A DNA stretch of 64,000 nt. Source: a virus. How positions within the stretch are numbered: position 1 is the stretch's first letter; each line of letters starts with the position of its first letter. Below are positions 36,510 through 43,888 of this stretch, piece by piece. Made by a program: the position numbers and the translations under genes. Below the pieces are notes generated by a model. It did no database searches. It saw only the letters and a program-made list of their open reading frames with translations, and was not told where the DNA came from. The DNA lies in the IMG/VR virus record IMGVR_UViG_3300045988_101454, positions 1 to 64,000 of that record, one strand, 5' to 3'.

Positions 36510-37073
36510 TTATACAACAGCGAAATTATTGTCTTGCTGCTTCCGTTTTTGTCCTTCCTTGCAAACTATCTTGCCTCTGTCCTTCAGTCGGAGGCAGAAA
36601 TATTCACAATTCCAACACGCACAGCTATCCACTCTTACTGTTTCGAAATTTTCTTTGCAGAATGGGTCTCCAGTCTCCACCATATCGTGAGGACATTCTG
36701 TGTTTTTTACGAGAGCGAACCCTTTTTCCTCAAGCAGGTCGATAAGGGTGCTGCGCTCTCTCTTTAAGTTCACGTTCTCGCTTCGCAAGTTGGCAAGCGC
36801 GTTTCTGAGGTTGTCAGTCTCACGTCCTTGCGCTATGTTAGCGTTGCAGACGTTGGTGTAACCCTTATACAATTCCTTGAGATTGGCCTCCGTATTTTCC
36901 AGTTCCGCCACCACATCCTCATGCTTGTTTTCCAGATTGCGGAGATTCTTTACTACTCTTTTATAGCCTCTGGAAAAACGACGTATTTTTAGTTTCATAG
37001 CCTCGTTTTCGGCTACCAACTCTCCATAACGCCTCGCATCTGCAACACGCTTTTTCCATTCCTGATGTTTCAT
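36510..37073 (-). CDS. hypothetical coiled-coil protein with Cys-rich C-terminus
   Basis: 187-aa ORF with the same leader motif as 35787..36485. Confidence 0.6.
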   Translation of the reverse strand: MKHQEWKKRVADARRYGELVAENEAMKLKIRRFSRGYKRVVKNLRNLENKHEDVVAELENTEANLKELYKGYTNVCNANIAQGRETDNLRNALANLRSENVNLKRERSTLIDLLEEKGFALVKNTECPHDMVETGDPFCKENFETVRVDSCACWNCEYFCLRLKDRGKIVCKEGQKRKQQDNNFAVV

Positions 37074-37096
37074 TGTCTCTATTGTTTATGTTTTTT

Positions 37097-37264
37097 TTAA
37101 TTATACAACATACTCATTAATGCCGCAGCCCTTCTCTTGTCGGTAAATCCTTTGATGTTTACCCACTTGCCGAAGATGCAGTCTCCGACTCTTTTCTGAA
37201 CCATCCAGACGGTCACGGGTATGCAACCGTTGTAGGCATCCATCGGAACAATTCTTAGTTTCAT
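37097..37264 (-). CDS. small hypothetical protein (55 aa)
   Basis: Hand-translated as MKLRIVPMDAYNGCIPVTVWMVQKRVGDCIFGKWVNIKGFTDKRRAAALMSMLYN*. It fills the gap between two genes and is below the track's size cutoff. Confidence 0.4.
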   Translation of the reverse strand: MKLRIVPMDAYNGCIPVTVWMVQKRVGDCIFGKWVNIKGFTDKRRAAALMSMLYN

Positions 37265-37267
37265 ATC

Positions 37268-37447
37268 TTATTCAAATTTATATACTATATGCGGTGTGGT
37301 GTTGCCCAGTCCGTCGCGAGGGTCGGCAAAGCAGCCAGGCGGTGAGGTTGTCACGGCATTGGCTATCTGCTTGCGCGGTCGGCTCTTTACGAGGCCCTTA
37401 CCGTCCTTGCCGCTGCGTACCCATCCGATGTAATACTTATCAGTCAT
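37268..37447 (-). CDS. C5-methyltransferase TRD-like mini-ORF (dispersed copy K)
   Basis: Hand-translated as MTDKYYIGWVRSGKDGKGLVKSRPRKQIANAVTTSPPGCFADPRDGLGNTTPHIVYKFE*. It has an ATGA overlap with the stop of 37444..38250. Confidence 0.45.
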   Translation of the reverse strand: MTDKYYIGWVRSGKDGKGLVKSRPRKQIANAVTTSPPGCFADPRDGLGNTTPHIVYKFE

Positions 37448-38250
37448 CGGTCTGCGTTTTGCCCTGTCCCCAATCGTTCAATAGACTGGCATAATATCCC
37501 TTGTATTCTACCTGCCTCTTGCTCTGCCCTCTTTAGAGCTTCGTCACGCTCATGCTCCAGCTTTATGCAATATTCAGTCAAGCGATTGTATTCTTTCTGC
37601 AAGGCATTGAAATCCTCGCGCAGCTGCTCCAAATTGGGGTTTTCAGAATCCAATAACACAAGACGTTGCTTTTCCTTGTCCCATCTTTTCCCGATTTTCT
37701 CCACGGAATTGTTGAGAAGTTTTTCTTCCGTAGGCGTAGCGTATCTCAGTTCGATGCTTTTTTCTTCTTCGCGTGTACCGCGAAGGTCAAGCTGAGCGTT
37801 AAAAGTAAGCACGTCGCTGTTTTTGCATAAGCAGGCGTATGTCCTTATCTTGGGATAATCAGTAGATTCCACTCCGCTGAAAATCACAATGTAGGTCAGA
37901 ATGTTGCCATCTTCATACTTAATATCCATTGCCACGATGTCACCCGGCTGGAATTTGAGCACATTCCAACTTCGGTAAAGATGCGAGAGAAACAGCATAC
38001 ACTCTCCTTTGTCAAAACGCGCTATACGCCCGTTGTAAAGAAAAAAATGGTCGTATGCTTCATTCTCGTCAGGATGATGGAGGCCCAGCACAACACCCGA
38101 GGCGTTGAAATTATGCACCTCCATATAACCTAACAGAGGCGAATAAAGCATAGCGTCTACAGGCAAACTGTGGAGAAAAGCTGATAGTTTCTCATTCTCG
38201 AAAGTTTTTGCTCCCGTTTTAGGGATGCTTCTTGTTTCTTTTTGACTCAT
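37444..38250 (-). CDS. hypothetical protein
   Basis: 268-aa ORF. Confidence 0.6.
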   Translation of the reverse strand: MSQKETRSIPKTGAKTFENEKLSAFLHSLPVDAMLYSPLLGYMEVHNFNASGVVLGLHHPDENEAYDHFFLYNGRIARFDKGECMLFLSHLYRSWNVLKFQPGDIVAMDIKYEDGNILTYIVIFSGVESTDYPKIRTYACLCKNSDVLTFNAQLDLRGTREEEKSIELRYATPTEEKLLNNSVEKIGKRWDKEKQRLVLLDSENPNLEQLREDFNALQKEYNRLTEYCIKLEHERDEALKRAEQEAGRIQGILCQSIERLGTGQNADR

Positions 38251-38270
38251 AATGTCTCTATTTTAAATTG

Positions 38271-38422
38271 TTATTCATATTCTATCAATACAATGGTGTG
38301 CTGTCCGTGTTCATCGTAGAGCCCTGCCCATCCGTCGTAGCGGGCGGACAATGCCGTGGAATACCCCCCCGACGTGGGCAGAGCTGGGATGTGCGTTGTA
38401 CGAAAGGGATTTGTTTAATCAT
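38271..38422 (-). CDS. TRD-like mini-ORF I, -1 shift at G7
   Basis: MIKQIPFVQRTSQLCPRRGG is followed by a G7 tract (C7 at 38364-38370). The conserved tail YSTALSARYDGWAGLYDEHGQHTIVLIEYE* is in the -1 frame. The frame as sequenced stops at 38285. Confidence 0.45.
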
Positions 38423-38590
38423 ACGTTATCAATACCATATTGTCTTTGCCTACTGATGTGAGGGTGTTGGTTGTCCCCCCCCCCCGTTTATCTCCATTCG
38501 CTGAAAGAAGCGTCCGTTGGAGGGATGCTTGCGGTTGGACGGATTATCGGGGGCACGGCCTCGGAAGGCTGCTATGCGAAAGTCAATCAT
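38415..38590 (-). CDS. TRD-like mini-ORF H, -1 shift at G11
   Basis: MIDFRIAAFRGRAPDNPSNRKHPSNGRFFQRMEINGGGG is followed by a G11 tract (C11 at 38475-38485). The -1 frame continues TTNTLTSVGKDNMVLITYD*. The frame as sequenced stops at 38450. Confidence 0.5.
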
Positions 38591-38876
38591 CCCCATTCCA
38601 TTTTTCATCATCCACAGTTCGTGCTATGAATATGCGATATGGGTTCTTCTTGTCTGTACTGGTTAGCTCTATTGCTTTTTCGATACTCTCCCTCGATACA
38701 AAGTCGCGTATCATCAACACTGCAAGGGCATCGAACTCGTCGTCCGACAAACAAACAGTATCTTCTCCTCGGCGGATAGTAACAAAGTCGCAAATAGTGT
38801 TGTGCCCGAAAGCCACATCAACATCTTCATTACGTTCGAGGTCTCTGACTATTATTTTTTCTGCGTAAAGACTCAT
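38583..38876 (-). CDS. hypothetical protein embedded in the mini-ORF array
   Basis: 97-aa tracked ORF with no obvious TRD-like motif. Its stop overlaps the start of the next module (ATGATTGA). Confidence 0.55.
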   Translation of the reverse strand: MSLYAEKIIVRDLERNEDVDVAFGHNTICDFVTIRRGEDTVCLSDDEFDALAVLMIRDFVSRESIEKAIELTSTDKKNPYRIFIARTVDDEKWNGDD

Positions 38877-38903
38877 ATTTCTTTTTGTTTATTATTTGTA
38901 CTA

Positions 38904-39080
38904 TTAATCGTAACATATTGCAATCAGATTGTCAGTGGTGAGGGAAGTACCTATACATTGCATCCAACATCCTTGTCGCAGATGCCATTCCTTATCACGG
39001 AAGTCGTTAGTGCCGATTAAGCGACGCACGGCTTTCGCGTGTTCGGTTCTGGCTTCGTGTATCAGATGAATGTTAAGCAT
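38904..39080 (-). CDS. TRD-like mini-ORF G
   Basis: MLNIHLIHEARTEHAKAVRRLIGTNDFRDKEWHLRQGCWMQCIGTSLTTDNLIAICYD*. This uses an internal ATG of the tracked ORF 38904..39128. Confidence 0.45.
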   Translation of the reverse strand: MLNIHLIHEARTEHAKAVRRLIGTNDFRDKEWHLRQGCWMQCIGTSLTTDNLIAICYD

Positions 39081-39244
39081 AATAGGTTGTCTTTTGTTAC
39101 AGTTGTTATCGAATTGCTCCACGGCCACGGACTGGGGCGGTGATACTTTTCGCCGTATTTACACCCTCCGCGGTCGCCATGCTCACGACGGAAGGCTTTG
39201 GCTTCCTCGGTGCGGTAGTGGACGAGGACGGAACGGTCAATCAT
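39062..39244 (-). CDS. TRD-like mini-ORF F
   Basis: Tracked 60-aa ORF MIDRSVLVHYRTEEAKAFRREHGDRGGCKYGEKYHRPSPWPWSNSITTVTKDNLLCLTFI*. Confidence 0.5.
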   Translation of the reverse strand: MIDRSVLVHYRTEEAKAFRREHGDRGGCKYGEKYHRPSPWPWSNSITTVTKDNLLCLTFI

Positions 39245-39386
39245 ACTCTATCAATATTTTCGGTTTATCCACGTCGTGACCCTTACCTCCCCCGGCTATG
39301 CACAAGGCTATGCCGTGTGGTGACACGATGATGCCGTTCTGCGAGGGGCTGTAGGAGCCAAGGATGATGGGGCGAGGGTTGTTCAT
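39237..39386 (-). CDS. TRD-like mini-ORF E (intact)
   Basis: MNNPRPIILGSYSPSQNGIIVSPHGIALCIAGGGKGHDVDKPKILIEYD*. It has ATGA and ATGATTGA overlaps at its two ends. Confidence 0.5.
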   Translation of the reverse strand: MNNPRPIILGSYSPSQNGIIVSPHGIALCIAGGGKGHDVDKPKILIEYD

Positions 39387-39550
39387 AATTCTACTGCTAC
39401 ATAATAGTGGTTACGACTGCTCACTCCAGCTTGAATGGTGTAGATGATACCCCTCCCGAATTGCTTGTTCTAGGTGTCTATCCATACGGCATGAGAGGGG
39501 CGGAAACCACGTTTGTACATTATTTCTAAGCGAGCGTTCTTGTTAAGCAT
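39383..39550 (-). CDS. TRD-like mini-ORF D with an in-frame TAG
   Basis: MLNKNARLEIMYKRGFRPSHAVWIDT, then TAG (39470-39472), then NKQFGRGIIYTIQAGVSSRNHYYVAVEL*. Confidence 0.35.
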
Positions 39551-39679
39551 ATTCAATCAGTACCCCTCCAGTTTTGTTGACAAGGTTAGGGTGGGGTATA
39601 TTCCTTTAGTACCGCAGATGTTGCCATCAAAACCGGACTTCCACTTGTCGTAATAAATGTTGCCAATCTTTTCAATCAT
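39543..39679 (-). CDS. TRD-like mini-ORF C, -1 shift at G4
   Basis: MIEKIGNIYYDKWKSGFDGNICGTKGIYPTLTLSTKLEG is followed by a G4 tract (39563-39566), with VLIEYA* in the -1 frame. The frame as sequenced stops at 39557. Confidence 0.4.
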
Positions 39680-39827
39680 ATTCTACTATTACTGCCGTTG
39701 CTGCCCTGCCTCCCGTTGGCTTAATGAAATTCACCAAAGAATTGCGTTGGTACTGCGACTTAACGCATCGACATAACGCGGGAGAGGTAGAGACACTATC
39801 AGGGTTTAATGCTTTTATAAAAACCAT
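39672..39827 (-). CDS. TRD-like mini-ORF B
   Basis: MVFIKALNPDSVSTSPALCRCVKSQYQRNSLVNFIKPTGGRAATAVIVEYD*. Its start overlaps the previous stop (TAATG). Confidence 0.45.
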   Translation of the reverse strand: MVFIKALNPDSVSTSPALCRCVKSQYQRNSLVNFIKPTGGRAATAVIVEYD

Positions 39828-40453
39828 TATTCAAACTCATACAATACTACTGCCATTGGGTAATGGGCGAGCGTGAGGATGTTGGTAGGTCCGATAGCCT
39901 CGTAGCGTGTGGTTATGGTTGCCGCACAACATCCGTCAGTAACATTCACCATCAGTCCGCTACCCCATTCAGACGGAATGGAGGTGCGACGTGGGTCAGC
40001 TTACACTCCATCCTTCTTCCTCTCCATATTTTCTTTGAACAATTCCTCAAATCCCTCGAATGGGAACGTGTGGTAATTGCAGAACGATTTCCAATAGCTA
40101 TCAAACACGAGTCGCATACCCTCTATACTATCCGCCAATTCGTCAAGCTCCATATCCCATCCGTTGATGGTGTTTATGAGGTTTTGTAGCCACGTCTTGA
40201 GGAACATTGCCGCCTCGTGTGTCGGTGGCAGGTCGAACTGAAGGAATAGGGCGTTGTCAGAGTCGTTGGTCGTGAGGAACTTGCTCACGGCATCGTCCTT
40301 GAGGAAATAGCGGCCGGACACTTCCTCTTCGAGCACGTCTTCCAGTCGGGTAAGTAGCTCGAAGGGTTCGGGAAACTGGTAGTCGAAGGCCACGTCACGG
40401 CGCATGGAGAGGCAGAACACCCTGTCGCGGTTTTGTGGCACGCCGTAGTTCTA
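39827..40453 (-). pseudogene. 5'-truncated C5-cytosine DNA methyltransferase remnant (motif VIII onward)
   Basis: ...THYND-TAG(40451-40453)-NYGVPQNRDRVFCLSMRRDVAFDYQFPEPFELLTRLEDVLEEEV matches the C5 methyltransferase motif VIII (QxRxR) and the following segment. Motifs I-VI are absent because ORF 40514..41149 abuts it. There is an in-frame TAA at 40001-40003, followed by ...GCCAATITTRYEAIGPTNILTLAHYPMAVVLYEFE*. Confidence 0.6.
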
Positions 40454-40513
40454 GTCGTTGTAGTGGGTTTGTGGGGAGTCTTGGTTTTGTTAAAGTTCAT
40501 GGGGGTTGGTGTT

Positions 40514-41149
40514 TTATCGTCTTACTTCCAGCCATGTGTTACAGCGACCGATCCCAAACTTTGCAGCCACCGCACAAAAACTCTTGTCGTGATGACCAGA
40601 CCGACAAGTCCCTAAGTCAGCACAGGTATCACAGCCGAAATCCATATAATCTGGATGATACCATACCTTGTCGCCAATCTCACGGATATAGCCTCTCTTT
40701 GTATCTACCACCAAGGTTCTTCCGACGGAATTTCTTTTGGGTTTATTCACAACAACCTTATACCGATTGTTTTTCTTCCTTACGACATGACATTCATTAC
40801 GCATCGACCATCTCGGGTCAAAAACACGGAAGTCAATGCGCCACTTTTTGGGAAAATGGAACTTCTTCGGGTCGCAATAGTTGGAAAGTACTTTGCGGTC
40901 AGTAGAAACAATCTCTTCCCAGTTGTCACAACAACGAAGTACGTCAACCCTCCATCCTATGCGACGCTGTACTATATCTAACAGCGATGGATAATTACGC
41001 GGCTTCTCCCAGATTCCTCTAAAGTAAAGATTGTATCTGTCAAGCAGCACCTTGTTTCTTGCTTTCATAGTCTTTATAAATTCTTTTATATTGTTAATGT
41101 TTTCGCATTGAGCTGAAATCTTTGTTTCACCAATATGCTCTTTGAGCAA
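40514..41149 (-). CDS. hypothetical protein with Cys/His-rich C-terminus
   Basis: 211-aa ORF ending CDTCADLGTCRSGHHDKSFCAVAAKFGIGRCNTW. It occupies the place where the methyltransferase 5' half would be. Confidence 0.6.
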   Translation of the reverse strand: MLKEHIGETKISAQCENINNIKEFIKTMKARNKVLLDRYNLYFRGIWEKPRNYPSLLDIVQRRIGWRVDVLRCCDNWEEIVSTDRKVLSNYCDPKKFHFPKKWRIDFRVFDPRWSMRNECHVVRKKNNRYKVVVNKPKRNSVGRTLVVDTKRGYIREIGDKVWYHPDYMDFGCDTCADLGTCRSGHHDKSFCAVAAKFGIGRCNTWLEVRR

Positions 41150-41210
41150 AATACTCTTTTAAGGATAGATAACTACGCTTGTGAAAACGCATTTTCATCT
41201 GACTGGGATT

Positions 41211-41348
41211 TTAGTGTCTATGCTGACGTTTTCTTGCCAAACGAATACTTGCACCAAAGACACAATATCCTCCATTCACTTTCACTAAATTTTCCGAATC
41301 AAACGAAATTGTGTACTCGTAAGTACGTTCTTTTATATTTGCTGCCAT
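41211..41348 (-). CDS. small hypothetical protein (45 aa)
   Basis: Hand-translated as MAANIKERTYEYTISFDSENLVKVNGGYCVFGASIRLARKRQHRH*. It only fills a gap. Confidence 0.3.
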   Translation of the reverse strand: MAANIKERTYEYTISFDSENLVKVNGGYCVFGASIRLARKRQHRH

Positions 41349-41351
41349 ACG

Positions 41352-41819
41352 CTATTCATCTTTGAGGTTCAACTTCTCTTGCCATTCTGGGTCGTGTATA
41401 TCACCGACAATCTCAAAGTCCTCAAGTTTCTGTTGCGTGATTCCGTCAGAGATGCCATCAGAGATGCCACGCACAGCGGATTTCGGGTTTTTGACACAGG
41501 TGAGAAAAAACATCGCCTCTTCATCACTCCACCCTATAATGCCAAAGTAATTGTCACGCGCACCATCCTCCATGCGACTGAATGGGTATTCGTCCGAGCG
41601 AAGAAGATCGCCCTCATAAATCTCCTTACCGTTCTTGTCGAGGTAGCCGGTGAACTGGCAGACGGTGCGAGGGTCAACCTTGTAGGGGATGTTTCTATTC
41701 AACATACTTTCCTTTTGCCTATCCTCGATAATGTATGTGTTATCATTCTCCTCGTAGAAGTAACCACAAGTCCATTCTTTATTATCAAGGCGTTTAGCCT
41801 TAAACTTGATTGTTCTCAT
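41352..41819 (-). CDS. YopX family phage protein
   Basis: IKFKAKRLDNKEW...VDPRTVCQFTGYLDKNGKEIYEGDLL is the typical YopX N-terminal pattern. Confidence 0.8.
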   Translation of the reverse strand: MRTIKFKAKRLDNKEWTCGYFYEENDNTYIIEDRQKESMLNRNIPYKVDPRTVCQFTGYLDKNGKEIYEGDLLRSDEYPFSRMEDGARDNYFGIIGWSDEEAMFFLTCVKNPKSAVRGISDGISDGITQQKLEDFEIVGDIHDPEWQEKLNLKDE

Positions 41820-41822
41820 AAC

Positions 41823-42350
41823 TTATTCCTTCCCAATTAATTGTTCATATTCTGACCTTGTGATTTCTACAAGGTCTGGATTATCCTTGTCAGCTCGAAC
41901 ATTGTCGCCTAAACGGATAAAACAATGTCCATTTGTGTAGCAAAGTTGGGGTAATGTTATACGATTTCCGCTTCCTTCATTCAGTCCTAACTCTTTGAGA
42001 ATTTGGAAACAGTTTGCGACCGCGTTATATGAGGACAAGACAGCACTGATAGCTTTGCCTTGCTTGGTTCTTTTGATGGGTATTATTCGTATATAATCTT
42101 TGATAACCTCTTCCTTTTTCCACAACTTCTTGTCAAGCTGCTCCCATTTTTCCTTGTCTACGAGGATAGAAGTGACTTTGCAGATTCGGGTTAGCGTGGA
42201 GTCTGGCATGTAGCCACCAAATTTATCTAACTCAAATCCGACAGCTTCTTCTACTCTCTTGACATAAGCCTTACACTCTTTGTCTTCGGCTTCACAAATG
42301 CTCTTAATGTACTCGTAAACCTTGCTTCCTTCTTTTGCTTTGTATACCAT
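41823..42350 (-). CDS. hypothetical protein
   Basis: 175-aa ORF. Confidence 0.6.
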   Translation of the reverse strand: MVYKAKEGSKVYEYIKSICEAEDKECKAYVKRVEEAVGFELDKFGGYMPDSTLTRICKVTSILVDKEKWEQLDKKLWKKEEVIKDYIRIIPIKRTKQGKAISAVLSSYNAVANCFQILKELGLNEGSGNRITLPQLCYTNGHCFIRLGDNVRADKDNPDLVEITRSEYEQLIGKE

Positions 42351-42352
42351 GA

Positions 42353-42787
42353 TTATTCCTCCTTAATACCAAATGGTGTTCCGTCAGCAAATGTATATTG
42401 CTTAAACGTTTCATTATAATTATAAAATGTCACTTCCTCGCATACTTCTATCATTGAAATTCTACTATCCGTAATTTTTAGAATGTGGTAATTTTCTTTT
42501 TCTTCTTTAAGTTTTAACCAACCGAACGGTTGGTGCTTCAGCATTTCCTGCCAACATTCTTCTGCGTTCTTAAACGAACGATACTTGGGCTCGGGCTTGA
42601 TACGGTAGTTGTACAAATCAGGTCTAAAAAGATGTTCTTCATCCACATCTACCCATTTATTGTTGAAATTAGGCTCTCCTGGATGTTCAATCTTAAAGCT
42701 AAGGTCTACGTCGTAACACTGGATAGTTTTGCCATTTACATACGCCTGCATAACATCCACCAACTGCTTTATTTTTTCTTTTCTCAT
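42353..42787 (-). CDS. hypothetical protein
   Basis: 144-aa ORF with the leader TTAACGAAAATATAGAGAACAATG. Confidence 0.6.
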   Translation of the reverse strand: MRKEKIKQLVDVMQAYVNGKTIQCYDVDLSFKIEHPGEPNFNNKWVDVDEEHLFRPDLYNYRIKPEPKYRSFKNAEECWQEMLKHQPFGWLKLKEEKENYHILKITDSRISMIEVCEEVTFYNYNETFKQYTFADGTPFGIKEE

Positions 42788-42821
42788 TGTTCTCTATATT
42801 TTCGTTAATACTCACATCGTT

Positions 42822-43085
42822 TTATCTCTTTCTTCGCTTCGCCTTGCGTCGTTCTTGCAGGTTATGCTGCACAAGTTGCGTAATGGTGAACGATGGCGAC
42901 CCGTCGGGCAAAATGAATCGGATTATCCTCTTCGCCTTGCCTTCAATGAACTTGTCAATACACTCCAATACTTCCTGCAAAATCTGCTGCTGCGATTTAT
43001 TCTTGTCGGTCTACTGCTCATACAACTGGCGGATGTATGCCGGATTGACGGTAACGATGTATTGTCTTTCTTTATGTATCTTCAT
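42822..43085 (-). CDS. hypothetical protein interrupted by an in-frame TAG
   Basis: The conserved leader and ATG at 43085 give MKIHKERQYIVTVNPAYIRQLYEQ. TAG (43011-43013) follows, then 62 more in-frame codons (TDKNKSQQQILQEVLECIDKFIEGKAKRIIRFILPDGSPSFTITQLVQHNLQERRKAKRRKR*). These end just before the next gene's leader. Confidence 0.4.
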
Positions 43086-43120
43086 TGTTCTCTGTATTTT
43101 CGTTAATACGTTATCGCTTG

Positions 43121-43504
43121 CTATGATTTAAGAATATTGAAGCAATCCTGTAATTCCTCATCACATTCGGGTGGCCAAAGTGTGCGTACCTTCATGCCGT
43201 TGTTGTCGATAAGAGGTTGGGCTAACGGCAGGATTGCGTGCGGCTCTTTGTGCCACTCTATAACTGTTCCGTCGTTGTATATTGTAGGATTGTAATCAGA
43301 TCCATACTTTAGCAAAGAGATAAGTTTTTGCTGCATACAATACTTCAAATCAGACCATGACTTGCTACGTCCCAAATAGCCATTCACGACATACCCTCCG
43401 GCACAATACTGATAGGAGACACCATCGAGCCGATGAGAGTAGAGCGTGATGCCGGCTTGGGCGCAATAATACCTTAATGTCACCATTGTTGCATATTTAC
43501 CCAT
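43121..43504 (-). CDS. hypothetical protein
   Basis: 127-aa ORF with the same conserved leader. Confidence 0.6.
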   Translation of the reverse strand: MGKYATMVTLRYYCAQAGITLYSHRLDGVSYQYCAGGYVVNGYLGRSKSWSDLKYCMQQKLISLLKYGSDYNPTIYNDGTVIEWHKEPHAILPLAQPLIDNNGMKVRTLWPPECDEELQDCFNILKS

Positions 43505-43528
43505 GATTCTCTGTATTTTCGTTAATAC

Positions 43529-43885
43529 TTACGTCGTTTCACTTAAATCCTTACAAATCAAATCAGATAGAAGATTGTCCTTTTCCTCCACCTCCTTCAA
43601 CGACTGTTCTATCATTGCCCTGCATACAGACGGGTCGAGTGCCGGAAGTTTATGGTCTATTGCATTTGCGGTTTTTGGTGGAGCGAATGGATCCTTTATT
43701 AGTGAAAAGCAGACAACATCCGCACGACTCATTATGTTGGCAATGGCATCCTCGATGGAGTCGAATTTGCCCATAAAGACTTGTCCAGGGGAGAGTTCCA
43801 CTAAAAAACATTTCTCTGTGGTGCGGTCCTTGCCGAGCATTACGATGCAGTCGGGACGATTGCGACGATTTACTTTTATATACAT
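43529..43885 (-). CDS. hypothetical protein
   Basis: 118-aa ORF. Confidence 0.6.
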   Translation of the reverse strand: MYIKVNRRNRPDCIVMLGKDRTTEKCFLVELSPGQVFMGKFDSIEDAIANIMSRADVVCFSLIKDPFAPPKTANAIDHKLPALDPSVCRAMIEQSLKEVEEKDNLLSDLICKDLSETT

Positions 43886-43888
43886 AAG

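Noticed and set aside
40514-41149. A homing endonuclease that disrupted the C5 methyltransferase gene
   Set aside because: The position is suggestive, since it replaces the methyltransferase 5' half. However, I see no HNH, GIY-YIG, LAGLIDADG or His-Cys box pattern in the 211-aa product, only a Cys/His-rich C-terminus.
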